Position numbers and translations under genes: made by a program. A stretch of 64,000 nt of DNA from Myxococcota bacterium (GTDB taxonomy: Bacteria > Myxococcota_A > UBA796 > CAJQPC01): assembly GCA_036229005.1 (NCBI GenBank), contig JAZAMN010000064.1, forward strand, positions 32,001-96,000, in the 5' to 3' direction. Positions within the stretch are counted from its first letter, which is position 1. The number at the start of each line of letters is the position of its first letter. Below the pieces are notes generated by a model. The model saw only the letters and a program-made list of their open reading frames with translations. It made no database searches and was not told the origin of the DNA. Of this stretch, positions 8,265 through 18,100 are shown in pieces.

Positions 8265-10874
8265 TCAATAAGGAAGCTCAGCCAGCTGACTCAACACAGA
8301 CTCGAGCGTTGGGCGATCGCCCGGCTGGGGACGGGTGCAGGCCCGAAGCAGTTCGCGCCACTCCGGCAGCTGGAGTTGGTCCGGATCCGTCTGCCCGGTG
8401 AGCATGTATGTGAGGACCTTCCCAAAGGCATACACATCCATGGAGGGGTGTGGTTCTGCTTGTAGGACCTGCTCTTCGGGAGCGTAGCCAGGGGTCCAAC
8501 TGCCAGCGAGTGTCCTGCGTGACTGCAGGCGAACGAGGTTCTTTGCGAGGCCGAAGTCCCCCAGCTTCCAACGGTCTTGGACGCGGAGTACGTTCTCGGG
8601 CTTGAGGTCCCGATGTACGACGTCCAACTGGTGGAGGTTGCTAAGCGCTGCGCCAACCTCCAACCCGATTCGCTGGACTTCGGATGGGCCGAGAGTGCCA
8701 CCTTGAGAACGGACGTAGCTCTCCAGAGTACCGCCGTCAGCCAACTCTGTGACCAGGGCCATGGTGGTGTCGTCCTGGTGCACATCCAGGATCTTCAGGC
8801 TTCCCGCCACGTCAGCCCGTTCGAGCTTTGTGTAGATCTGAAGCTCTCGACGCAGCGCAACCGCGTTCAGGTCTTCCCCGACGGGAGCCTGCTTGATGAA
8901 GACCTGCTGACGGCTCTCGTTGTCGAAAGCTCGGTAGGCTCGGCTCATTCCGCCGCCAGCCAACTCCTCCAGGACGGCGTACCGGCCGTAGAGGACGAGC
9001 GTTGGTGTGTTGATGTCCCCGGGTGAGCGGGGGAGGGCAGCGCCGAAGTTCTTCCGAACACTGTCGCTGTCTCGTCCGTTGATCTCTTTTCCTGTTGCGT
9101 TCTCGATCAGGTCCAGCAGTCGTCTGGAGCGGTCGATTTTGAACTCTTCGTAGGTATCCGCCCGCATCAACTCAGGTGATGCCAAGTGGGTCCGACAGTA
9201 GGCATTCAGTTGCTTGGCATCGACGTCAGCGCGCTCGAGAAGCTCCAGGTAGTGGCTGGGGGCATGGCCTGAGATTCGTTGGTTCGTGCGGCGAGCCAGG
9301 GGGGTTCGGTTGTAGATGGCATTGTAGTCAGAGGATGGGATTCCCATACTCTTGCACCACTTCTGGGGAAACAGATGGTGGATGTCGATCGCGTCGCCTG
9401 CGCGGGAGATGTCGGAGACGGTATCCCCCCGGGCAAGGTCCCGACATCCTTGGGCAAGCAGAAGTGCTGCTATGCCTTTGTATGCCGCTGAGTTCCGGGT
9501 CCGGAGCGTAAGGAGGCGTGTAGGCTCGAAACTGCTGTCCCGTACGGTGGTCGGCTCTCGGTCATCGTCATCGACCCACTTGAGAAGGTCGGTAAGGTCG
9601 TGTGCGAATCGGGTCTCTGTACTGCTCCCATACAGCTCCCCAAACACACCACACCAGTACCAGCGCTCGAGCTTCTTGCGGGTTTTCTCGCTCTCTTCCT
9701 TTCCGCCCAGACGGGCAAGTACCGCTGCCAGAGGGACCAACTGAGTGGGATAGGGGACATTGCGCTCGTCGTAGATACACAGGCGCTCGAGCATCCTTGC
9801 TGCCCTGATGAACCCGGCTTCCAGACGGTCCGCTGTCTTCCGATACGACTCCAGCTTCAGGTTCAGCATGTCCTTTCGGGTGCAGCCCACCGCTGTGCCT
9901 TCGCCCGATTCCACTGCTTCAAATGAAGAGAGGAGCGTTACGGCCTGCATGAAATCCCTTGCACGAATCGTGCGCAGGACTGGATACCGGTGCATCCGCT
10001 GAGACCGGCCCTCTTGCTGGAGTCGTTCATTCTCGAAGACACCGTACCAGTCTGCGCGCAGTCTGAAGTCCTCGTCCTCGGCCGAGAACATCGCTGTGAG
10101 GAGCTCAAACACGGTGAGCTTCACGCCTCCAGTGTTCACGTTCTCGAACACCTGGCAGACCGCGGCATGGTCGGTGTTCTGAGCGAGTTCGATGACCGGT
10201 ACACGGTAGGTTCTAAGGTTCTGTAGAACGGTCTCTCTAAACTTGCTGAAGATTGAAAGGGTTTCCTGCGCCGTTCCATTTCCGAAGGCCCAGGTCATTT
10301 GTTCGGCGTGCCAAGTGGCTGCCCTCTCTGCGTCGAATGCAACCTCAAGTGGTATCGCCCAGTGCTTGAACTGCTGTTCGGGACTGCTGAGATCCTTCAC
10401 TACGTCACGGTTGAAGTTCGTCCGAATCACCCGGTCCGAGGGTGTGCTGAGGATTGCGTTTGTCCGTTCCGTGTCTTCGTTTAGACACGCCCTGATATCC
10501 AGGTAGAACCAGCGATCAATCGCCTTTCCCTTCTCGTCCTGTGTCTCCACGGGGCTGTTCTTCTTCAGTGCCTGGAACAGACTCGTGATTCTCTGCTGGC
10601 CATCAAGCAGCAGCAACTCTGGAGCGCGGTTGACCCTTGGTGCTCCCTCAATCGGCCGGGGATGAAATGCCGGTCTCCCGCCCGTCTTCAGCATCAAGAG
10701 TGCGCCGATTGGATAGGCAAGCGAGATGCTCGCCACCAGCGCTCGAATGCCCTCTTCCTTCCATACCCAGCCCCTCTGGAAGTCGGGCAGCTGGATCTCT
10801 CCACGATTCACCCGCTCAAGCAGGGTGGGAAGATCAGGTTGATTCAGGTCGAATGCGGAGATGCCTGCTGGCAT
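8265..10874 (-). CDS. GmrSD-like protein (DUF262 + HNH/DUF1524) fused to a C-terminal Ser/Thr protein kinase
   Basis: DUF262 motifs LPDFQRGWVW, LLDGQQR, FENVNTGG; HNH-like DIHHLFPQ...NRTPL...TNQRIS; kinase LAGGGMSRAY, VFIK, HRDLKPENV, DFG, GYAPE, DVYAFG. Visibly lower GC than its neighbours. Confidence 0.85.
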   Translation of the reverse strand: MPAGISAFDLNQPDLPTLLERVNRGEIQLPDFQRGWVWKEEGIRALVASISLAYPIGALLMLKTGGRPAFHPRPIEGAPRVNRAPELLLLDGQQRITSLFQALKKNSPVETQDEKGKAIDRWFYLDIRACLNEDTERTNAILSTPSDRVIRTNFNRDVVKDLSSPEQQFKHWAIPLEVAFDAERAATWHAEQMTWAFGNGTAQETLSIFSKFRETVLQNLRTYRVPVIELAQNTDHAAVCQVFENVNTGGVKLTVFELLTAMFSAEDEDFRLRADWYGVFENERLQQEGRSQRMHRYPVLRTIRARDFMQAVTLLSSFEAVESGEGTAVGCTRKDMLNLKLESYRKTADRLEAGFIRAARMLERLCIYDERNVPYPTQLVPLAAVLARLGGKEESEKTRKKLERWYWCGVFGELYGSSTETRFAHDLTDLLKWVDDDDREPTTVRDSSFEPTRLLTLRTRNSAAYKGIAALLLAQGCRDLARGDTVSDISRAGDAIDIHHLFPQKWCKSMGIPSSDYNAIYNRTPLARRTNQRISGHAPSHYLELLERADVDAKQLNAYCRTHLASPELMRADTYEEFKIDRSRRLLDLIENATGKEINGRDSDSVRKNFGAALPRSPGDINTPTLVLYGRYAVLEELAGGGMSRAYRAFDNESRQQVFIKQAPVGEDLNAVALRRELQIYTKLERADVAGSLKILDVHQDDTTMALVTELADGGTLESYVRSQGGTLGPSEVQRIGLEVGAALSNLHQLDVVHRDLKPENVLRVQDRWKLGDFGLAKNLVRLQSRRTLAGSWTPGYAPEEQVLQAEPHPSMDVYAFGKVLTYMLTGQTDPDQLQLPEWRELLRACTRPQPGDRPTLESVLSQLAELPY

Positions 10875-10932
10875 GACCCCTCCCAGGAGAGCTTTGGTAC
10901 GTTGGACGACTTCTTCATACCAGACTCCCGAG

Positions 10933-11742
10933 TCAGCGCGCCCGAACTAGCTCCTCCAACACCGCGCTCTCCCCCTCCGCATCCACACAATCGTCCAGCT
11001 CCCACACCACCAGCTCCCCCGATCGGCTGTAGTAGATCCCCACGCGCTCGATGGGCTCCGGGGGCCCACCGTTGAAGCCGTAGGCCCGCGCCAGGATGGC
11101 GTAGCCCACAAGCTGGCGCACATCCTTGAGCCTGAGCCGCAGGTCCTTGGTCGTCTTGATGTCGATCAGCAGGTCATCCAGCACCAGGTCGGCGTCCGCC
11201 CCGCCCACAATCAGCGAGCCTTCGCCAAAGCCTGGGTTCAGCAGGCAGCGCTCCGCGGGCACGAAGGCGTCCCAGGTGATCTCCGCGTAGAGCGCCTGCA
11301 ACTCCTCCAGCCACCCCGGGGGCGGTTCGCGACCAATCCACGTATCGGGCGCGACCGACGCGACGCCCCGCCCGATGGGCTCCAGCAGCGCGAGATCCCA
11401 GCACGCCCGAGCCTGCGCCCGAGTCAGCGCTTCGGCATCCTCCCAGGTCTGCAGGTCCTGCAGGGCCCGCTCCAGCAGCGCCTCACAAGCCCGCGCCTGC
11501 TCACGACTCCGCTGAGCGAGGGGGGCCCGCTCGGCAATCAGCGGCCCGCTCTCGCAGCGCTCCGGCCACAGGACCTCAAAGCCCGCCCGCATCGCGTAGT
11601 CGAACGCGGTCCCCATCAGCGCCGGACTGCCCCCGCAGGAAGGCACGCGCAGCGGCTCGCCGGGCCGACACTCGGGCTTCCGCATCCACTGCTTGAACAC
11701 AGCCCGGCCGCTGGGACTGTCTGCTCGGCTGGTGAGGCTCAT
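10933..11742 (-). CDS. Putative PD-(D/E)XK nuclease
   Basis: GTAFDY, LNPGFG, GADADLVLDDLLIDIKTT and QLVGY resemble the RecB/Cas4-like nuclease core (D...DxK, QxxxY). Confidence 0.65.
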   Translation of the reverse strand: MSLTSRADSPSGRAVFKQWMRKPECRPGEPLRVPSCGGSPALMGTAFDYAMRAGFEVLWPERCESGPLIAERAPLAQRSREQARACEALLERALQDLQTWEDAEALTRAQARACWDLALLEPIGRGVASVAPDTWIGREPPPGWLEELQALYAEITWDAFVPAERCLLNPGFGEGSLIVGGADADLVLDDLLIDIKTTKDLRLRLKDVRQLVGYAILARAYGFNGGPPEPIERVGIYYSRSGELVVWELDDCVDAEGESAVLEELVRAR

Positions 11743-11805
11743 GGGCTCCCCGTCCTTGGGCGCAATGCGCGTTCACCCCTGCGCCCGCAATGCGCAGAAG
11801 AAGGC

Positions 11806-12243
11806 GTGCATGCTACCCTCTGCGGCCCCAAGCAGGCCATCCGCCAAAGACCCCGGGGGGAAGCACCCTTGCGCAGCCTACGAGACCAGATCCTCCACCT
11901 CCGGCAGCAGCCTCTGCTTCACATAGACGCAATCCGGGCCCGCATCGACCAACACCTCCAAACCGCCCAAACCGCCGCCCAGACCTCCCCCTTCGTCGAC
12001 CTCCCCACGGCCGCCACGATCCACGCCGCCTGCACCGAGCTCCTCAACGACTGGGACCAGCTCACCGACGATGCGCGCCTCTGGGCCCAGGTCGCCTGCC
12101 TCTACTTCGCCGACCCCGATGACTCCGCCGGCGAGCCCGACTTCGACTCCATCGTGGGCTTCGACGACGACCTCGACGCCCTCAACCACTGCCTCGAGCG
12201 CATCGGCCGCCCGCCGGTCCCGCACCCCATGGACGCCCCATGA
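11806..12243 (+). CDS. Small YkvA/DUF1232-like protein (start may be TTG at 11869)
   Basis: ACLYFADPDD...PDFDSIVGFDDD resembles the DUF1232 motif Y..SP.D.IPD....G..DD; its stop overlaps the SNF2 start (ATGA). Confidence 0.5.
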   Translation: MHATLCGPKQAIRQRPRGEAPLRSLRDQILHLRQQPLLHIDAIRARIDQHLQTAQTAAQTSPFVDLPTAATIHAACTELLNDWDQLTDDARLWAQVACLYFADPDDSAGEPDFDSIVGFDDDLDALNHCLERIGRPPVPHPMDAP

Positions 12244-15107
12244 GCACCCTGAACACCTACCCCCCAGGCCAGCGCGTCGAGATCCGGGACGAGGAGTGGC
12301 TGGTCCGCCGCACACTCCCGGCCCAACAAGGCACGGCTGTCCAGGTCATCGGCCTCTCTGAGCTGGTGCGCGGCCACGAGGCCACCTTCCTGGACACCCT
12401 GGACCCCGTCACCGTCCTGCGGCCCGAAGACACCGAGCTCGTCCCGGACCCCAGCCCCGGCCACCGCCGCAGCCGCCTCTACCTGGAGGCCCTGCTCCGG
12501 CGCAGCCCGCCCACCGACCCCCGGCTGGTCATCGGCCACCGCGCCGCCATCCGCGAGAGCCCCTACCAGTGGGCCCCCGCCGCCCAGGCCCTCCGCCAGC
12601 CCCGCCCCCGCATCCTCATGGCCGACGGCGTGGGCCTCGGAAAGACCATCGAGGTCGGCGTCCTGCTCTCCGAGCTCATCCAGCGGGGCAGGGGACAGCG
12701 CATCCTGGTCGTCGCCCTCAAGTCCATCCTGGCCCAGTTCCAGGAGGAGCTCTGGGCCCGCTTCACCATCCCCCTGGTCCGCCTGGACTCCGTGGGCATC
12801 CAGCGCGTCCAGGGCCGCATCCCGGCCAACCAGAACCCCTTCCATTACTTCGACCGCGTCATCGTCTCCATCGACACCCTCAAGAAGGATGCGCGCTACC
12901 GCGGCTACCTGGAGAACGCCCACTGGGACGCCGTCGTCATCGACGAGTGCCAGAACGTCGCCGAGCGCGGCACCAAGGCCTCCCAGCGCGCCCGCCTGGC
13001 CCAGCTCCTCGCCCGCACCGCCGACGCCCTCATCCTGACCTCCGCCACCCCCCACGACGGCCGCCCCGAGTCCTTCGCCAGCCTCATGCACCTGCTGGAG
13101 CCCACGGCCATCGCCGACCCCAGCCAGTACACCAAGGACGAGGTCCAGGGCCTCTTCATCCGCCGCTTCCAGAAGGACGTCCGCGCCGGCGCCTCCGGCA
13201 GCTTCCACGAGCGCCAGCTCGGCACCCTGGCCCCCCGCTGCACCGACCCCGAAGAGGCCGCCCTGCTCGCCGTCCGCGGCGCCCGCTTCCACACCATCGG
13301 CCGCTCCCGCAAGACCGACGCCCTCTTCCGCGTCCTGCTCCTCAAGGCCCTGCTCTCCAGCCCCGCCGCCTGCCTCCAGACCCTCGCCGAGCGCCGCCGC
13401 AAGCTGGAGAAGCGCGAGCAGACCGACGACGTGGTCCACGACCTGCAGGTCATCGACGACCTCACACAGACCGTCTCCGCCATCTCCACCGCCCAGCAGT
13501 CCAAGCTCCAGGCCCTCTTCCAGTTCCTGGACGACCTGGGCTACCGCAAGGGCACCCCCGGCAAGCGCGTCGTCATCTTCTCCGAGCGCCGCGCCACCCT
13601 GGACATGCTGCAAGAGCAGCTCGCCGCCCGCTACGGCCTCAAGACCACCGCCGCCCGCAAGGGCGAGCTCCACAAGTGGCGCAAGGGCCAGATCGCCACC
13701 TTCCACGGCTCCCTCCCCGACCAGGAGCAGTACGCCTTGGTCCAGGACTTCTCCAACGAAAAGGGCAGCCTCCGCCTGCTCCTGGGCTCCGACGCCGCCG
13801 CCGAAGGCCTGAACCTCCACCACACCTGCCACCACCTGGTCCACTTCGACATCCCCTGGTCGCTGATCACCCTGGAGCAGCGCAACGGCCGCATCGACCG
13901 CTTCGGCCAGAGCGAGCCCCCCATCATCCGCTACCTGCTCTCCGACCCCGGCCACCCCGATCTGCAGGGCGACATGCGCATCCTCAAGCGCCTGATCGAC
14001 AAGGAGGGCGAAGCCGCCGCCAACCTGGGCGACGTGGCCTGGCTCATGAAGCTCCACGACGCCGTCCAGGAAGAGCGCCGCATCGCTCAGGCCATCGAGT
14101 CCGGCGAGTCCCCCGAGTCCGTGCTCCCCGACGCCGACGACCAGCCCCAGGACGACGACGACTGGCTCCAGGCCCTGCTCGAGGAAGAGGAGGAGGAGGA
14201 GCCGGAGACCACCCGCCCATTCCGCCTCCTACCCTCTGACCTGGAGTATGCCCGCCTGGGCTTTGGAGAGCTGCTGGCCGACGGCGAGGACAGGCTGGTC
14301 CAGTGGGAGCCCGAGCTCTCCGGCTTCGTCCTGCAGATGCCCCCGGACCTGGCCACCCGCTACCGCTACCTGCCCCCCCAGCTCCAGCGCGGAAAGGACG
14401 GCCGCCTCAAGCTCAGCACCGACCGCAAGCGCGTCATGGACGCCTACGCCCAGGCCCGCAACACCGAAGACGGCTGGCCCGAGTGGGAGCTCTTCTGGGA
14501 GCAGCACCCCGTGGCCGAGTGGCTCAACGACCGCGTCCTGGCCACCTTCCGCCGCCACGAGGCTCCCGTGCTCCCGGTGCACGCCCACCTGCAGCCTGGC
14601 CAGGCCGCCTACATCTTCCAGGGCGTGCTCGCCAACCAGCGCTCCGTCCCCGTTCGGGTGGAGTGGGGGGCCGTCGTCCTGCGCGGCCCCGGCGACCTGC
14701 AGCTCCAGCCCTTCGAGAGCCTCGCTGCCGCCGTCGGCCTGGACCAGCCTCTGCCCAACACCGGCCAGTCCCTGGACACCGCCCCCCTCAGCGCGAACCT
14801 CCCCGCCGCCGTCCGCGCCTTTGGCGACCACATGCGCCGCGTCTCCCTGGAGTACCAGCGGGACGCCGTCGCCCAGCTCCGCCCCGCCGTCCGCAAGCTC
14901 CGCGGCTGGCACGGCCGCAGCCTGGAGCAGCTCCAGGCTCAGCAGCAGCGCCTCATCGGCGCCCAGAGCGTCAAAGAGCGCCAGCTCCAGCAGCAGCGCC
15001 AGGAGCTCGACCGCGTCTACAAGAGCCGCCACGACTGGATCCAGAACTCCGTCAAGCCCGGCCCCCCCACCACGCGACTGGCCGCTGTGCTGGTCCGCCC
15101 CGCCTGA
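12240..15107 (+). CDS. SNF2-family helicase, DrmD-like
   Basis: ILMADGVGLGKT, VVIDECQ, TSATPH, VIFSE, EGLNL, LEQRNGRIDRFGQ; N-terminal GQRVEIRDEEWLV. Confidence 0.9.
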   Translation: MSTLNTYPPGQRVEIRDEEWLVRRTLPAQQGTAVQVIGLSELVRGHEATFLDTLDPVTVLRPEDTELVPDPSPGHRRSRLYLEALLRRSPPTDPRLVIGHRAAIRESPYQWAPAAQALRQPRPRILMADGVGLGKTIEVGVLLSELIQRGRGQRILVVALKSILAQFQEELWARFTIPLVRLDSVGIQRVQGRIPANQNPFHYFDRVIVSIDTLKKDARYRGYLENAHWDAVVIDECQNVAERGTKASQRARLAQLLARTADALILTSATPHDGRPESFASLMHLLEPTAIADPSQYTKDEVQGLFIRRFQKDVRAGASGSFHERQLGTLAPRCTDPEEAALLAVRGARFHTIGRSRKTDALFRVLLLKALLSSPAACLQTLAERRRKLEKREQTDDVVHDLQVIDDLTQTVSAISTAQQSKLQALFQFLDDLGYRKGTPGKRVVIFSERRATLDMLQEQLAARYGLKTTAARKGELHKWRKGQIATFHGSLPDQEQYALVQDFSNEKGSLRLLLGSDAAAEGLNLHHTCHHLVHFDIPWSLITLEQRNGRIDRFGQSEPPIIRYLLSDPGHPDLQGDMRILKRLIDKEGEAAANLGDVAWLMKLHDAVQEERRIAQAIESGESPESVLPDADDQPQDDDDWLQALLEEEEEEEPETTRPFRLLPSDLEYARLGFGELLADGEDRLVQWEPELSGFVLQMPPDLATRYRYLPPQLQRGKDGRLKLSTDRKRVMDAYAQARNTEDGWPEWELFWEQHPVAEWLNDRVLATFRRHEAPVLPVHAHLQPGQAAYIFQGVLANQRSVPVRVEWGAVVLRGPGDLQLQPFESLAAAVGLDQPLPNTGQSLDTAPLSANLPAAVRAFGDHMRRVSLEYQRDAVAQLRPAVRKLRGWHGRSLEQLQAQQQRLIGAQSVKERQLQQQRQELDRVYKSRHDWIQNSVKPGPPTTRLAAVLVRPA

Positions 15108-15116
15108 GAGCGCCCC

Positions 15117-18100
15117 ATGGCCCTGGACCTCACCGGCATCGAGAACCGCGGGGAGTTCTACTCCCACCACTACCTGGACGCCCTGCTCGAGAGCGACCTC
15201 AAGCCTCTGCTCCAGCAGTGGGCCGACGCCGAGAGCGCCACCCCGCCCGTGCGCGCCCCCTACAAGCGCCTGGGGGGGCTGGCCGGCCGCTACTTCGACG
15301 CCCGCGCCCAGGCCGCTGAGCTTGGCCCCCAGGCCCTCAGCGAGCGCTGGCAGCTCGCCCACGCCTTCCACGCCCACCTGCTGGACGCCCTGGGCTACAC
15401 CCGCAGCCCCCAGACCGTCGAGCTCCCCGGCGGCACCCAGCTCCCCTTGCTGCACGAAGAGCGCCGCGGCGGCCAGGCCGCCCTGTGGGTGATCGAAGCC
15501 CCCGCCCCCCAGCCCGACCAGGACCCCCTGGACGCCCAGCCCCTGCGCGACCAGTACCCCCAGCTGGGCCCCGACACCAAGACCCCCGAGCTCACCTGGC
15601 GCGAGCTCCTGGACCGCGAGCTCTTCCGCCACGACGACGCCCCCACCTGGGTGCTCTTCCTGGGCGGCTCCGAGATCGTGCTGACCCACCGCCACAAGTG
15701 GGGCCGCGGCCAGGCCCTGGCCTTTGACCTGGACGCCCTCTACGCCCGCCGCCAGTCCGCCGCCTTCCGCGCCATGGCCGCCCTGCTCCACCAGCAGGCC
15801 CTGGTCCCCAGCGACGGCGTCTCCCTGCACGAGCACCTGGACGAGTCCAGCCACAAGCACGCCTTCTCCGTCTCCGGCGACCTGCGACGCGGCGCCGAGC
15901 AGGCCATCGAGATCCTGGGCAATGAAACCGCCTGGTACCTGCGCACCGTGCGCCGCCGCGGCGTCTTCGGCAGCAGCGAGTCCGCCGAGTCCGTCGACCC
16001 CACCCAGCTCACCCGCGAGCTGCTGGTCTATCTGTATCGCCTCATCTTCCTGTTCTACGTCGAGTCCCGCAGCGACGCCCTGGGCGTCGTCCCCATGCGC
16101 TCCGAGTCCTACCGCCGCGGCTACAGCCTGGAGTCCCTGCGCGATCTGGAGCAGGTCCCCCTGAGCACCCCCCAGGCCCAGGAAGGCTACTTCCTGCACC
16201 ACAGCCTCCAGCAGCTCTTCAAGCTGGTCAACCAGGGCCACGGCGTCGCCGCCCAGCAGTCCCTGAACGCGGCGGGCATGGACGCCGCCGGCTTCCGCAT
16301 CCGCGGCCTGCACAGCCGCCTCTTTGACGACACCCAGCTCTCCATCCTGGCCCGGGTCCGCTTCCGCAACGCCGCCCTCCAGCGCGTCATCCAGCTCCTC
16401 TCCTTGTCAGAGGAGGGCAAGCACCGCCAGCGCGGCCGCATCTCCTACGCCAGCCTGGGCATCAACCAGCTCGGCGCCGTCTACGAGGGCCTGCTCTCCT
16501 ACACCGGCTTCTTCGCCAAGGTCGATCTGATCGAGGTCGCCAACCCAGAGAAGAAGGGCAAGCCCGACGCTCGCAGCTTCTTCGTGCCCGAGTCCCACAT
16601 CGACCGCTACGACGACGCGGAGGTCGTGCGCGATCCCAAGACCGGCGCCCGCAAGCGCTACCCTCGGGGCAGCTATCTGTATCGCCTGGCCGGCCGCGAC
16701 CGCGAGAAGTCCGCCAGCTTCTACACCCCCGAGGTCCTCACCCGCGCCCTGGTCCGCTACACCCTGCAGGAGCGCATCGGCAAGGACGGCGCCCCCGACG
16801 CACTGCCCGCCGACGCGCTGCTCACCCTGAGCATCTGCGAGCCCGCCATGGGCAGCGGCGCCTTCTTGAACGAGGTCATCGAGCAGCTCGCCCACGCCTA
16901 CCTGGACCGCAAGTCCGCCGAGCTGGGCCAGCAGATCCCGGCCGCCGACTACCCCCGCGAGCTCCAGCGGGTCAAGGCCCACATGGCCGCCACCCAGTGC
17001 TACGGCGTGGACCAGAACCCCCTCGCCACCGAGCTGGGCAAGGTCTCCCTGTGGCTGAACACCCTGCGCCCGGGCGCCCCCGCACCCTTCTTCGACCCGC
17101 GCATCGTCACCGGCAACTCCCTGGTGGGCGCCCGCCTGGCCGTCTACACCCCCAAGCACCTGCACAAGGCCGGCAAGAACAAGCCCCCCAACTGGACCGA
17201 GGCCGCCCCCGAGCCCCTGCAGGGCCCCCGCGCTCCCCAGGCCATCTACCACTTCCTGCTGCCCACCACCGGCATGGCCCCCTTCGACGGCGACAAGGTC
17301 GTCAAGGCCCTGCTCCCCGAGCGCGTGGCCGAGCTCAAGGCCTGGCACAAGACCCTCAAGGCCGCCTGGAGCCCCGCACACCGGGCCCGCCTCCAGAAGC
17401 TGTCGGAGCAGGTGGACAGTCTGTGGGAGGAGGTAGCGGCGCATCGGCGCAAGACACTGGCCGCCTGCACCCCCCCAAGCCCCGTCTGGCCGGAACCTGA
17501 CAACACCGACCCCGCAGACGAGGACACCCTGGCCGCGACCTGGCGCCAGGCCCAGGACGACGACTCCGCCGGCAAGCGCCTGCGGGCCGTCATGGACTAC
17601 TGGTGCGCCCTGTGGTTCTGGCCCCTGCAGCGCGCCGCCGAGCTGCCCAGCCGAGAGCAGTGGCTGGCCGATCTGGAGCTCTTGTTGGCGGGCCGCCGCC
17701 GGGATGCGGGCAGCGACAGCCCCACCGCCCGGCGCCTGGACCTGGCCGCCGAGCTCGCACAGACCCACCGCTTTGTGCACTGGCCCCTGGAGTTCCCGGA
17801 GGTGTTGGCGAATGGTGGCTTTGACGTGGTGGTGGGAAATCCGCCGTGGATCAAGCTGCAGTGGAACGAGGGCGGCATCCTGTCGGATCTGGACCCCCGC
17901 CTGGTCATCCGGCGCATGTCCGCCAAGAAGATGGCCGATCAGCGCGCACAGACTCTGGAGCAGCCGGAGGCCCTTGCCGCGTATCTGGGGGAGTTTGAGG
18001 GGCTGGAGGGGCAGAAGGCCTTTTTGAATGGGGTGGGGAACTATCCACTGTTGAAGGGGGTGCAGACGAATCTGTACAAGGCCTTCTTGAGCCTGGGCTG

